Source: Deltaproteobacteria bacterium (GTDB lineage Bacteria > Desulfobacterota > Binatia > UBA12015). Taken from it: a stretch of DNA of 36,871 nt. The position numbers were made by a program, and so were the translations under genes. The notes under the pieces are model-generated. The model worked only from the letters and a program-made list of their open reading frames with translations, was not told where the DNA came from and made no database searches. Positions 9,579 to 19,098 of this stretch are shown piece by piece (the stretch's first letter is position 1; every line of letters starts with the position of its first letter). The DNA is taken from NCBI GenBank assembly GCA_046583355.1, contig JAYGCM010000060.1, forward strand, positions 1 through 36,871. The letters run 5' to 3'.

Positions 9579-10700
9579 TCATTTCCAGAGTTCGGCAAGA
9601 CGCTGATCGCGGCCACAGCGTAGCCGGTAGAGGCGATAGCGGATCGGGTTCTTCTTGAAATAATCCTGGTGGTACTCCTCAGCCGCATAGAATGCTCCGG
9701 CCGGCACGATCTCGGTATGGATCGGCTGCCCGAGAGTCCGCGACACAGCCTCCCTGCTGGCTTCGGCGAGCTGCTGCTCGGTTTCATTGCCAGTGAAAAT
9801 CGCCGAGCGGTATTGCCGCCCCGTATCGCAGAATTGCCGGTCCTTGGCGGTCGGGTCAATGCTGCGCCAGTAGCGATCGAGGAGCTCCTGGTAGCTGATC
9901 TTGCCGGGATCGTAGAGGATCTCCACACCCTCGGCATGCTCTGTCCGGCCCGACGAGACGCTCTCGTAATCGGCGTCAGACGCCGCGCCGCCGATGTAGC
10001 CCGAGCGCGCACTCCGGACACCGGGAACTTTTTCGAAATCGGCTTCGGTACACCAAAAACAACCTCCGGCGAAGATCGCCCGTGCCTCGGCACGCGGCTC
10101 AACGACGGTTTTTTCGGCGGCGCCTGTCGGCGGCGTCGCGGCGGTGAATAACAAGCGGAACTCACCGTAGCCCTCGGCTTCGAGGGAATGCTCGGGAACA
10201 AAACGCAACGCTGCGGAGTTGACGCAATATCGTTTGCCGGTCGGCTCGGGGCCATCGGCAAAGACATGACCCAAATGGGAGTCGGCCTTCTTCGAGCGCA
10301 CTTCGGTACGCGAGGAGAAGAGGCCATTGTCGACCCGCTCGACCACATTGTCGGCAACCAGAGGCCGCACGAAAGAAGGCCAGCCCGTGCCGGAGCGGAA
10401 TTTGTCGGCCGAGCTGAAAAGCGGCTCGCCGGATACGATATCGACATAGATGCCGGCCTCTTTTTTGTCCCAATAGGCGTTGCGGAAGGCCGGCTCCGTG
10501 CCCTCACGCTGGGTCACCTCATATTGCAGCGGACTCAGCGTTTCCCGCAGATGGACCTCCTTGCCTTGGTCGCTGCGCGCGCTCGGAACCACCAACACGG
10601 CCAACGCGGTCACCATCGCAAGCAAAGCAACTATAAATTCAGATCTCTTCCACTGCCATCCCAACATATCGACTCCTCTGTGCCGGACCACCACCATCAC
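9579..10700 (-). CDS. msrAB: Bifunctional peptide methionine sulfoxide reductase (MsrB-MsrA order) with N-terminal signal peptide
   Basis: Msr[27 protein letters not shown]. Msr[24 protein letters not shown]. Hydrophobic leader [17 protein letters not shown]. Exact start uncertain. Confidence 0.93.
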   Translation of the reverse strand: MMVVVRHRGVDMLGWQWKRSEFIVALLAMVTALAVLVVPSARSDQGKEVHLRETLSPLQYEVTQREGTEPAFRNAYWDKKEAGIYVDIVSGEPLFSSADKFRSGTGWPSFVRPLVADNVVERVDNGLFSSRTEVRSKKADSHLGHVFADGPEPTGKRYCVNSAALRFVPEHSLEAEGYGEFRLLFTAATPPTGAAEKTVVEPRAEARAIFAGGCFWCTEADFEKVPGVRSARSGYIGGAASDADYESVSSGRTEHAEGVEILYDPGKISYQELLDRYWRSIDPTAKDRQFCDTGRQYRSAIFTGNETEQQLAEASREAVSRTLGQPIHTEIVPAGAFYAAEEYHQDYFKKNPIRYRLYRLRCGRDQRLAELWK

Positions 10701-10948
10701 TTACCCTGGACGCAGCGCGGCTGCGGCTATTCAGCCGGTCGGCGCCGCTGCTTGCAAACCGGAGGCAGAAGCCAAGGCGAATCATCATGGCGCTTACCAT
10801 GCGGATCGCGCAACCAATGCGAAAAACTCTTGACTCCCTCGCCCCTTCGACAAACCAATGAAGGCAGCGCGAAACCTGCGGGTTCGCGGAAGAAGCAAGG
10901 ATGCCTGCTAACGCGAAGCTGTTCTGGGTTGAGAGTCTCGTTATCCGG

Positions 10949-11395
10949 ATGAGAGAATTATCGAGAGGCCAACGCCTTTTGCTGCTCACTCTTGCGGCAT
11001 TCGCCTGCCATATCGCCCTGGCCTGGAGCCATGAGGCGATCACCAACGATTCGGGAAGCTATCTGCGACTCGCCGAGGACGAGGCCCTGATTGTAGAAGT
11101 CATTCCACCAAAAGTCCGGTATTGGAATTTCACCCTCTCGGCTCGGTGGCATGAGATCGTCGACTATCTCGATCGTCCGACCTCCCTGACGATCGAGGAT
11201 GTCGAATACGAGTCCGACAATTCCGTGCGATTTGTCATCAGCCATAGCGATCCGGGCCACCCGAATTGGCTCGACACCAGCGGCCATGATTTCGGGTTCA
11301 TGACTTTCCGCTGGATTGACGGCAAGGGGCAGCAAATCGCGATGCCGACGGACCACATCGTGAAGGTTCTTCGTCTGTGGACGCACTACGACTAA
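10949..11395 (+). pseudogene. Chimeric remnant: membrane-protein N-terminus joined to a DUF1214-like C-terminal fragment
   Basis: One TM helix plus DSGSYLRLA, then DEALIVEVIPP..YWNF...D.SVRFVISHSDPGHPNWLDTSGH..G....RW. Assignment is by recognition; the ORF is much shorter than typical DUF1214 proteins. Confidence 0.55.
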
Positions 11396-12213
11396 GGAGC
11401 ACCGGGCGGCACCACCGCATCGAGGAAGCGGCCGAGGCGCATAAAGTAGGCCGCTCCGCCGACCAGCGTTGTGTCGTTGTGGCCGGCACCGCGGATCGTC
11501 TCGAAGGCCTTCGGCTCATTTGCTGCCGCGAAGAGGCGCTGGCCGAGGGCAAAGGGGACGAGCTCGTCGCGGTCGCCGTGGAAGAAGAGCAGCGGCGTTT
11601 CGATGTCGGCGATCTTGCGCTCGGAATCGTAGCGGCCACCGGTTACGCTCCCGGCAAATGGGATCAAGGATCCCGCCATATCCGAGAGCGAGGTGAACGT
11701 GCTCTCAAGGATCAGCCCGGCGACCGACTGACGCTGCACGAGGTCGATCGCGACGGCGCCGCCGAGTGAGCGGCCGAAGACGACGATGCGATCTGCCGCG
11801 ATGGCGCGCTCGGCGATGAGATACTCGAGGCCGGCCTGCGCGTCGGCATATACGCCCGCTTCGCTCGGCCGCCCTTCGCTGCGGCCGTAGCCGCGGTAAT
11901 CGAGCAACAAAACGCTGGTGCCCAGCCGTACCAATTCGGCCGCATTCGGCAACCTATGTGAGGCGTTGCCCGCGTTGCCGTGCAGGAAGAGGACGGCGCG
12001 CGTGGCACCGGCGGCTGGCAACCAGAAGGCGTGGATCCGCACGCCATCGGCGGTTGCAAGAAACACATCCTCGCCGGCGAGGCCCACATCCGCCGGGGCC
12101 AGGTCCGCGCCGGGCGTCGGATGAAAAACCATATTGTCGATGATTCGGTCCCACATCATGAACACCCCCACGAGAAGCGCCCCGAGGAAGGCAAGCTTCG
12201 TCACCTGCTGCAT
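11392..12213 (-). CDS. Alpha/beta hydrolase (ABHD17/BEM46-like)
   Basis: FLHGNAGN, DYRGYGRSEG, GRSLGG nucleophile elbow, HGDRDELVP, GAGHND. Confidence 0.92.
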   Translation of the reverse strand: MQQVTKLAFLGALLVGVFMMWDRIIDNMVFHPTPGADLAPADVGLAGEDVFLATADGVRIHAFWLPAAGATRAVLFLHGNAGNASHRLPNAAELVRLGTSVLLLDYRGYGRSEGRPSEAGVYADAQAGLEYLIAERAIAADRIVVFGRSLGGAVAIDLVQRQSVAGLILESTFTSLSDMAGSLIPFAGSVTGGRYDSERKIADIETPLLFFHGDRDELVPFALGQRLFAAANEPKAFETIRGAGHNDTTLVGGAAYFMRLGRFLDAVVPPGAP

Positions 12214-12222
12214 GGAGGAAGT

Positions 12223-12285
12223 CTAGAGGTTCGGCCGAAAAATGCACCGCGACGGCAACGTTCCTGCTCATGCCAGGGCCTCCAG
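12223..12285. mobile_element. Degenerate CTAG-flanked MITE-like element
   Basis: Left end CTAGAGGTTCGGCCGAAAAA, decayed right end GCCAGGGCCTCCAG. Interior GCAC...ACGGCAACG is shared with the 29573 copy. Confidence 0.5.
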
Positions 12286-12379
12286 ATAAAGCCGCATGAT
12301 TCGCTCGGGGCTGCCACACACATTGCCGAATTCCATCTGGGAAAAATTTCAGATTGCTCTCGTCGACCGGGCGTGTGAA

Positions 12380-13573
12380 ATGAGGGGCATAAAAACCCTT
12401 CTAACCACCATCACGCGACGCGCGTGGCCGCTGCTCTTATGTGCAACTATCCTGCTGGCCGCGGCTTGCGGCAATTCCGCCAAGGCCACCGGCGGCGACG
12501 AAATCCGCATCCGCAAGAATGCCAAGGATCTCACCGAGTACGAGAAATGGTCCTATACGGACGCCATTCGGCAACTCAAAGCCACCCCCTCCCCCTACTC
12601 GGATACCCTCAACTACTATGACTTCTTTGTGCGCTTGCACCAGATGGCGGTCCAGTTGAAGACCCAGCGCTACATCGACTCGGGCTGTGATGACCAAGGC
12701 AATTTCGGCATCGCGCATGCCAATCCCTCTTTTCCGCCTTGGCACCGCAAGCTCTTGGCGCTCTACGAAGATGCGCTCCGCGAAGTCAGCGGCAGAGAGG
12801 TCCGCCTCCCCTATTGGGACTGGACGGATGCCGCATCGACCGCCGCGACATTTGCGCCCGACCTGATGGGCGGCAACGGCGACCCGAACGACGAATGGGC
12901 CGTGACCGACGGTCCTTTCCAAAAAGGCACCTTCCCGCTCAGTCTCAGAACCACAATGGCTTCTTTCCAGGGACAAAACGATTACGATCATATTGTCCGA
13001 AACTTTGCCGCGACACTGCCGGACCTCGGACTGCCGGGATACCCGGTCAGCCTGCCCACGACCTCACAGATCGAATTTGCCTATTCGCTTACCGAATACG
13101 ACGTGGCCCCCTATACCCCCTACGCCGACCCCGATGTCTCCTTCCGTTCCTATTTGGAAGGCTTCCAGAACCCCCTTTCCAGTGGGCAACGGATGCACAA
13201 TATCGGGCATGATTGGATCGCCGGATTTTTCCAGGTCCCCGTCGAGTCGCTGGAATTCAACACCATCGTGAACGGATGCCAAACCACAACCGTGCACAAC
13301 GATACGCGGGCCGGCTCCATGGAACCGCTCGATGTCAGCCCCAACGACCCGGCCTTCTTCATGCACCACGCCAATGTCGATAGAATCTGGTATGTCTGGC
13401 AACAGATCGGCGACAATCTCTACAAGTACACGAATAGTGGCGTGCAAGGGCAGAACCTTGACGATGAGATGTACCCCTTCGACCAGTTCAAAGGCTTCCC
13501 GCAGATGGACGCCCGTGGTTATACCCCGCGCGAAATGCTGAATTCGGATTCGATGGGCGTGGCTTACGAATGA
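12380..13573 (+). CDS. Tyrosinase family (type III di-copper) protein, predicted lipoprotein
   Basis: IRKNAKDLT; CuA RLHQ...AHANPSFPPWHR; LPYWDW; CuB MHNIGH...DPAFFMHHANVDRIW; lipobox LLAAAC. Start ATG12380 preferred over 12296. Confidence 0.92.
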   Translation: MRGIKTLLTTITRRAWPLLLCATILLAAACGNSAKATGGDEIRIRKNAKDLTEYEKWSYTDAIRQLKATPSPYSDTLNYYDFFVRLHQMAVQLKTQRYIDSGCDDQGNFGIAHANPSFPPWHRKLLALYEDALREVSGREVRLPYWDWTDAASTAATFAPDLMGGNGDPNDEWAVTDGPFQKGTFPLSLRTTMASFQGQNDYDHIVRNFAATLPDLGLPGYPVSLPTTSQIEFAYSLTEYDVAPYTPYADPDVSFRSYLEGFQNPLSSGQRMHNIGHDWIAGFFQVPVESLEFNTIVNGCQTTTVHNDTRAGSMEPLDVSPNDPAFFMHHANVDRIWYVWQQIGDNLYKYTNSGVQGQNLDDEMYPFDQFKGFPQMDARGYTPREMLNSDSMGVAYE

Positions 13574-13584
13574 TGCACCAATAA

Positions 13585-13896
13585 AGTAGCTTCCGGCCAA
13601 TCGAATCTCGGAACCTGGTCGCCACCGGCCGCATTGAAGAGACCGAGGCCCGGCAACGAGAAGGGGCCGCACGCTTCTCAGCCCATCCGATACTGGAGGT
13701 CTGCTACGAAGATCTCGCCCGTGCTCCAGCCGGCCAGATGACCAAGATCCTCGAGTTTCTCGGCGCCGAAAGCCGCCGCCTGGACACTCCGCTGCGCCGT
13801 CAGAACCCGCAGAGCACCGCCGCCCTGATCGAGAACCATGCAATGCTCAAGGCCGCCTTCGCCGACACCCGCCGGGCCGGGTCTTTCGAAGCTTGA
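13585..13896 (+). pseudogene. C-terminal fragment of an Stf0-like sulfotransferase
   Basis: Manual translation of a frame absent from the ORF track: ...HPILEVCYEDLARAPAGQMTKILEFLGAESRRLDTPLRRQNPQSTAALIENHAMLKAAFADT..*. An in-frame TAA lies at 13582-13584 and there is no N-terminal PAPS-binding loop. Confidence 0.65.
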
Positions 13897-13913
13897 CTCA
13901 GCGCGGAGGGACT

Positions 13914-16133
13914 CTAAGGAAGCACGACGCTGGAGGGCAGACAGAGCTCGGATTCTTTAAGCGCAATGACGTCAGCGCGGCCGAGCGTACTCCCCGTATA
14001 AGCAGCCGTCGGGATGGTGGCCGCCTGGGCCAGCACCGTACCGCCGCAATGCGGGCTGAGCGCGGTATCGCAGCCACAGCCGTCTTGGGGAATCTCCTTC
14101 TTTGCGATGCGTGCCAGGTAGCAGACCAGCGCGTCTTCATTGCGCGCCGCCGCCGGCGTGATCGTCTTCGGGTCGCCCTTGGCGCTGCCACTGAGCAATA
14201 CGGGCGGGTCCAAGGCATCGACCGAAGTGCGGACCGGCAGGCAAAGCTTGGTCGGTTTCTTCAAATCATAGCGCCGTGTTTGCTGGCCGTCTGACACAAC
14301 TGCCTGCATGCCTTTGGGAAAGCGCGGCAGCTTGTTGCCATCGGCGTCACGCTTCGAGGCCTTGGCCTTATAGCAGAGGAAGTGGTCGACATTATGGAGC
14401 GCTGGATCCAGTATGGGCGGCGCCGTGAGCACGCCGGCCGCGGCCGTCGCCAATAGGCTGACGGGCTTCTTCACGTCGAGCAGGAAGTCGTTGCAACGAT
14501 TGGTGACCGACACATGGGACACACCCGCAAAGGCGGAACCGCGTTGCTTGACCTTGTATTCGGTGAGATGCACCGCAGACTCGCCGATGGCCTCACCGTC
14601 ATCATTGGCCGGACGGGCCAGTGAACGCGGCGCATGGATATCGAATTTCGCTGCCGCAATCAGAGCATCCGAGAGCACGAGAGGGCCGAATTTCACGGGC
14701 CGCGCGCTGCCCGGCAGGCCGCGCGCCTTATAACTCATGAAGGCATCGAGCTCCGGCCAGCCATGCGAGAACAGGCTCACCTCGGGGTCGCCATAAATAT
14801 TGAAGGTGAGGAAATTTTGCCAATACCAACAACGGCCATAGAGACTACTCTCGCGCTTCACCTGCATCAGCGCGTGGCCGACGGACAACTCATCGACAGC
14901 CACCCGCCGGGTGAAACCGTAACCCATGCCGGCATTACCGGCCTGGTGTGCATCGGAGACCAGGTCGACGGGCGAGCCCGGTCCGTGGCTGATCTGAGTT
15001 GCCCCCACCGTCGCGACCGCACCGTTTTTGAGCAATGCGTAGGAAACATTATTCGTACTATTGGGTGACGAATTCAGGCAAGACGCTTGGAAGGTAATGG
15101 TCGGATAATCATCATCGAGAGCTGCCGTATTCGAGGTACTCATCACCGAAACAGCACCCCAACCGCCGCCGTGCGTCAGCCAGGTGACGATTCCGGGGTG
15201 TGTCGCCAGCCAACCGGCCGAGACATTGGGAATCGAGCAGGAGTCCACGTCCGGCGGATCGGTCAGAACCGGGTTGCAATTCCCTGCCAGCGTACAGGCC
15301 GCCGAGTCGTAGGCACGGAAAATCGGTGCGAAGCCGGCCGGAACCAGAAGGTCGTCGCGGATCGCCTCGCCGTAATGGAAGCGATTGGCGCCCTCGGTCG
15401 CGATCAGAGCCGACATCCGCCAGCCAATCTCATCCAGCAAGGCGCTCTGGTAGTCGATCGTCTTGGCGAGGATATGGTCGAGGTCGACGATATGGTTGGC
15501 GAAATCCGTCGCGTCATTCGGATCGCCGTAGAAGGGGATGCGGCCGACCGCAATCTCATAATCCACCTCAATACCGCCGGCACCGAAGTCGCCCGTGGCC
15601 GTCGTCACCGCATCAAACTGGCCGAATTCGCCATAGAGGCCATCGCCATCCAGATCCCAATTGCCATCGAGCTCGCCGTAATAATAATCCGTCGGCACCG
15701 CGATTTGGGTAAAATTGCAGGTCGAGACGTAGCCGGTCGGCGAGGTGCCGACCGAGCCGGGGGTACGCGGCCAGGTCGTCTTCATCGGGAAGGGACCGGT
15801 CCAAGTTCTCGGGTCACCGATGATCAGCAGGTATTCCGGCACATCAGCCGGCGCCAGCGCCTGCAGGTAGCTATGCAGCGCCTCGGCAGCGGCATCGGCC
15901 ACAAGACCCGACGAACCAATCGCGATTTCGTCTCGAACGCGCACGACAAAGCCGCGCTCTTCTTTATGCGCGACGAAGGCATCGAGCTGGGTCGAAGCGC
16001 CGCGCACTGCTGCCGTCGTGACGATGAGATAGCCCGGCGCGCCCGCCGCGTATGCCGCCGGTACAGCGCCCAGCCACATCGCGATGGCAAGCAACAAAAA
16101 TAGAGAGCGGAATATCGGATACAAGATGGGCAT
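13914..16133 (-). CDS. Secreted C25 (gingipain-like) cysteine peptidase with C-terminal repeat domain
   Basis: Signal peptide, GYLIVT, YLLIIGD, PTDYYY, EIAVGRIP, catalytic THGG and QASC, NIYGDP, then four repeats of the DHFLCYK type. Confidence 0.85.
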   Translation of the reverse strand: MPILYPIFRSLFLLLAIAMWLGAVPAAYAAGAPGYLIVTTAAVRGASTQLDAFVAHKEERGFVVRVRDEIAIGSSGLVADAAAEALHSYLQALAPADVPEYLLIIGDPRTWTGPFPMKTTWPRTPGSVGTSPTGYVSTCNFTQIAVPTDYYYGELDGNWDLDGDGLYGEFGQFDAVTTATGDFGAGGIEVDYEIAVGRIPFYGDPNDATDFANHIVDLDHILAKTIDYQSALLDEIGWRMSALIATEGANRFHYGEAIRDDLLVPAGFAPIFRAYDSAACTLAGNCNPVLTDPPDVDSCSIPNVSAGWLATHPGIVTWLTHGGGWGAVSVMSTSNTAALDDDYPTITFQASCLNSSPNSTNNVSYALLKNGAVATVGATQISHGPGSPVDLVSDAHQAGNAGMGYGFTRRVAVDELSVGHALMQVKRESSLYGRCWYWQNFLTFNIYGDPEVSLFSHGWPELDAFMSYKARGLPGSARPVKFGPLVLSDALIAAAKFDIHAPRSLARPANDDGEAIGESAVHLTEYKVKQRGSAFAGVSHVSVTNRCNDFLLDVKKPVSLLATAAAGVLTAPPILDPALHNVDHFLCYKAKASKRDADGNKLPRFPKGMQAVVSDGQQTRRYDLKKPTKLCLPVRTSVDALDPPVLLSGSAKGDPKTITPAAARNEDALVCYLARIAKKEIPQDGCGCDTALSPHCGGTVLAQAATIPTAAYTGSTLGRADVIALKESELCLPSSVVLP

Positions 16134-16196
16134 AGAAGAAGTGACCTTATGTTGTCGGCGGCCCGGGGAAATCCGCTTAGTGGGCGATACGCCCCC

Positions 16197-17429
16197 CTAC
16201 CAGCTCGCCCCGGCGATCCGCTGCAACGCGGCGTTCACATTCTCACGTGAGTTGAACGCGCTCAACCGAAAATATCCCTCCCCTGAGGGTCCGAAGCCGG
16301 AACCGGGCGTACCGACCACTTGAGTCTTCGCGAGCATCTGGTCGAAGAAATCCCAGGAACTCAGGCCGGCCGGTGTACGGAACCATATATAGGGTGCATT
16401 GATGCCGCCGAAGATCTCCATGCCAGCACCGGCGAGGCCTTCGCGAATGAGCCGCGCGTTCTCCATATAGAAGTCGACAATTTTGCGCGTCTGGGCCTTG
16501 CCCTCCGGGCCGTAGGCGGCCTCTGCCGCACGCTGCACCGGGTAGGAGACGCCGTTGAATTTTGTCGTCTGGCGACGGTTCCAGAGGCCGTTCAAGGCGA
16601 CCTTCTCACCAGTGGCCGTGGTTCCCATCACCTCTTTGGGAACCACAATGAAGGCACAGCGCGTGCCGGTGAAGCCCGCACTCTTGGAGAAACTGCGGAA
16701 TTCCAGCGCGACCTCACGCGCGCCTTCGACCTCATAGATCGAATGCGGGATCTCCGGGTCGGAGATGAAGCCTTCGTAGGCCGCATCGAAGAGAATGACG
16801 GCACCCTTCTCCTTCGCATAGGCAACCCAGGTTGCGAGTTGCGCGTGGGTCGCAGCGATACCGGTCGGGTTATTCGGCGAGCAGAGGTAGATCAGGTCCA
16901 CGTCGACATCCGGCAAGGCCGGCGAAAAGCCGTTCTCGGCCGTAGCCGGCATGTAGACGATGCCCTCGTAATGGCCGCCGTCGTCTGCCGGGCCACTGCG
17001 CCCGGCCATGATATTGGTATCGAGGTAAACCGGGTAGACCGGGTCTGTCAAAGCCACAATATTATCGAGGCCGAAGATCTCCTGGATATTGCCGCTATCG
17101 CATTTCGAGCCATCGGAGACGAAGATCTCGTCGGCCGCGAGCTCGATCCCGCGCGGCGCATAATCGTTCGCGAGGATTGTCTCGCGGAGAAAATCGTAGC
17201 CCTGCTCCGGCCCGTAGCCACGAAAACTCGCGCGGCTTGCCATCTCATCCACGGCGGCATGCATCGCCTCGGTCACGGCCGGCACAAGCGGCTCGGTTAC
17301 GTCGCCGATTCCTAGCTTGATGATCTCTGCGCCGGGATTCGCTTCACTGAACGCAGCGACGCGACGGCCGATCTCCGGGAAGAGATAGCCAGCCTGAAGT
17401 TTGAGGTAATTTTCGTTGATGCGTGCCAT
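16197..17429 (-). CDS. dapL: LL-diaminopimelate aminotransferase
   Basis: [82 protein letters not shown]. Confidence 0.97.
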   Translation of the reverse strand: MARINENYLKLQAGYLFPEIGRRVAAFSEANPGAEIIKLGIGDVTEPLVPAVTEAMHAAVDEMASRASFRGYGPEQGYDFLRETILANDYAPRGIELAADEIFVSDGSKCDSGNIQEIFGLDNIVALTDPVYPVYLDTNIMAGRSGPADDGGHYEGIVYMPATAENGFSPALPDVDVDLIYLCSPNNPTGIAATHAQLATWVAYAKEKGAVILFDAAYEGFISDPEIPHSIYEVEGAREVALEFRSFSKSAGFTGTRCAFIVVPKEVMGTTATGEKVALNGLWNRRQTTKFNGVSYPVQRAAEAAYGPEGKAQTRKIVDFYMENARLIREGLAGAGMEIFGGINAPYIWFRTPAGLSSWDFFDQMLAKTQVVGTPGSGFGPSGEGYFRLSAFNSRENVNAALQRIAGASW

Positions 17430-17508
17430 GCCAAGGCTTAGCCATTGCACGCGCCGCCTGCCATGGCGCGCCCCGGAGCCCAGTCAAAAAGCAGGGCCGA
17501 TACTCTGT

Positions 17509-18861
17509 TTATTGCACAGGCTCGCGCATCGTCACCAATTCTTCGGCGGCCGTCGGGTGGATGCCAATGGTAGCGTCGAATTGCTCCTTGGTAAGCCCCG
17601 CCTTCACGGCAACCGCAAAGCCCTGTACGATCTCACCGGCATCCGGACCGACCACGTGCAATCCAACGACCCGTCGCCCCTCGGCGGCGACGATCAGCTT
17701 CATCATCATGGTCTCGTCACTCCCGGTCAGGGTCTGCTTCAGCGCGCGAAAACGGGAGCGGAAGATCTCCAATTCGCCATGGCGTTCGCGAGCCTGCGCT
17801 TCGGTGCAGCCTACCGAGGCAATACTCGGCTGGCTGAAGACCGCCGAGGGCACATCGACATGATCGATCGCGGTCGGCCGGCCATCAAAAAGAGTTGCGG
17901 CGAGCGCCATCCCTTCATGGATCGCGACCGGCGTCAGCTGGATCCGATCGGTGATGTCGCCGATCGCGTGAATGCTCGGCACATTCGTCCGATTATACTC
18001 ATCGACAACGACGGCGCCGCGCTCATCGACCACCACCCCCGCCTCGTCAAGACCAAGGTTTTGCAGCAGAGGCCGGCGGCCGATCGCGCAAAGAACCTGA
18101 TCGACCTCGAGCGTCGTCGCATCATTGAGGGTGACCTTGAGCCCACCGGCGACCTGCTCGATTTTCTCGACGGTAGTATCGAAGCGCAAGTCGAGCCCCT
18201 TCTTGCGCATCTCATCGGCAAGCACCTCGCGCACGTCATCATCAAAACCGCGCAAAAAAAGCGGCCCGCGGTAGACCTGGGTCACAGCAGATCCCAGACC
18301 ATGCAGGATCCCGGCGAATTCGACCGCAATATAGCCGCCGCCAACGATCACGATCCGCTGCGGCTGCTCGGCCAGATGGAAAACCTCGTTGGAGCTGATG
18401 GCGAGCTCGCCACCAAGGCCCCCGGGCATCACCGGCGCCGAGCCCGTCGCGAGCAGAATATGGGCGGCCGAGTAGCGCTCGCCGCCGACCTCGACGGTAT
18501 GCGCATCGACCACGCGCGCGTGCCCATGAATAATGGAAACTCCGTTTGATTCCAGGATATTCTGGTAGATGCCGTTTAGCCGCGCAATTTCCTTGTCCTT
18601 GTTGGCAATCAGCGTCGCCCAATCGAAGGAAGGGGGCGCTACCGACCAACCGTAGGCCGCCGCATCGGCAAAATCCTCAGCGAAATGCGAGGCATAGACA
18701 AGGAGTTTCTTGGGAATGCAGCCGACATTCACGCAGGTCCCGCCCAGCCGACTCTCCTCGGCCACAGCCACACGGGCCCCGTAGGAGGCTGCCATGCGGC
18801 TGGCACGAACGCCGCCGGAACCCGCGCCAATGGTGAAAAGGTCGAAATCGAATTGCGCCAT
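17509..18861 (-). CDS. gor: Glutathione-disulfide reductase
   Basis: IGAGSGG, redox centre GGTCVNVGCIPKK, GGGYIAVE, QLTPVAI, IGIHPTAAEE. Confidence 0.95.
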   Translation of the reverse strand: MAQFDFDLFTIGAGSGGVRASRMAASYGARVAVAEESRLGGTCVNVGCIPKKLLVYASHFAEDFADAAAYGWSVAPPSFDWATLIANKDKEIARLNGIYQNILESNGVSIIHGHARVVDAHTVEVGGERYSAAHILLATGSAPVMPGGLGGELAISSNEVFHLAEQPQRIVIVGGGYIAVEFAGILHGLGSAVTQVYRGPLFLRGFDDDVREVLADEMRKKGLDLRFDTTVEKIEQVAGGLKVTLNDATTLEVDQVLCAIGRRPLLQNLGLDEAGVVVDERGAVVVDEYNRTNVPSIHAIGDITDRIQLTPVAIHEGMALAATLFDGRPTAIDHVDVPSAVFSQPSIASVGCTEAQARERHGELEIFRSRFRALKQTLTGSDETMMMKLIVAAEGRRVVGLHVVGPDAGEIVQGFAVAVKAGLTKEQFDATIGIHPTAAEELVTMREPVQ

Positions 18862-18939
18862 TCCTTACACTCTCGCCTTCCGGAGGCCGCTTGCCAAGAC
18901 GCCCGCGTATAGGCTCTGCGATAGCCTCGAGCATGAGAA

Positions 18940-18989
18940 ATAGGGGAAAACCCCTATAAAAAACTTGTAAACTAGAGGATTATCCCTAG
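18940..18989. promoter_or_regulatory. Tandem palindromic operator-like boxes in the AT-rich divergent gor / kinase intergenic region
   Basis: TAGGGGAAAACCCCTA (18941-18956) and TAGAGGATTATCCCTA (18973-18988), starts 32 bp apart. Confidence 0.55.
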
Positions 18990-19098
18990 CGTGGTCTTCG
19001 CCAAATGTCCGATGATAATATCTGTGAAGGCGATCAGACCTCAAAGCGGCATCCATGCGGCATCGATCGCGAGCCCGAGCCATGGCTTGGGAGCCGCG

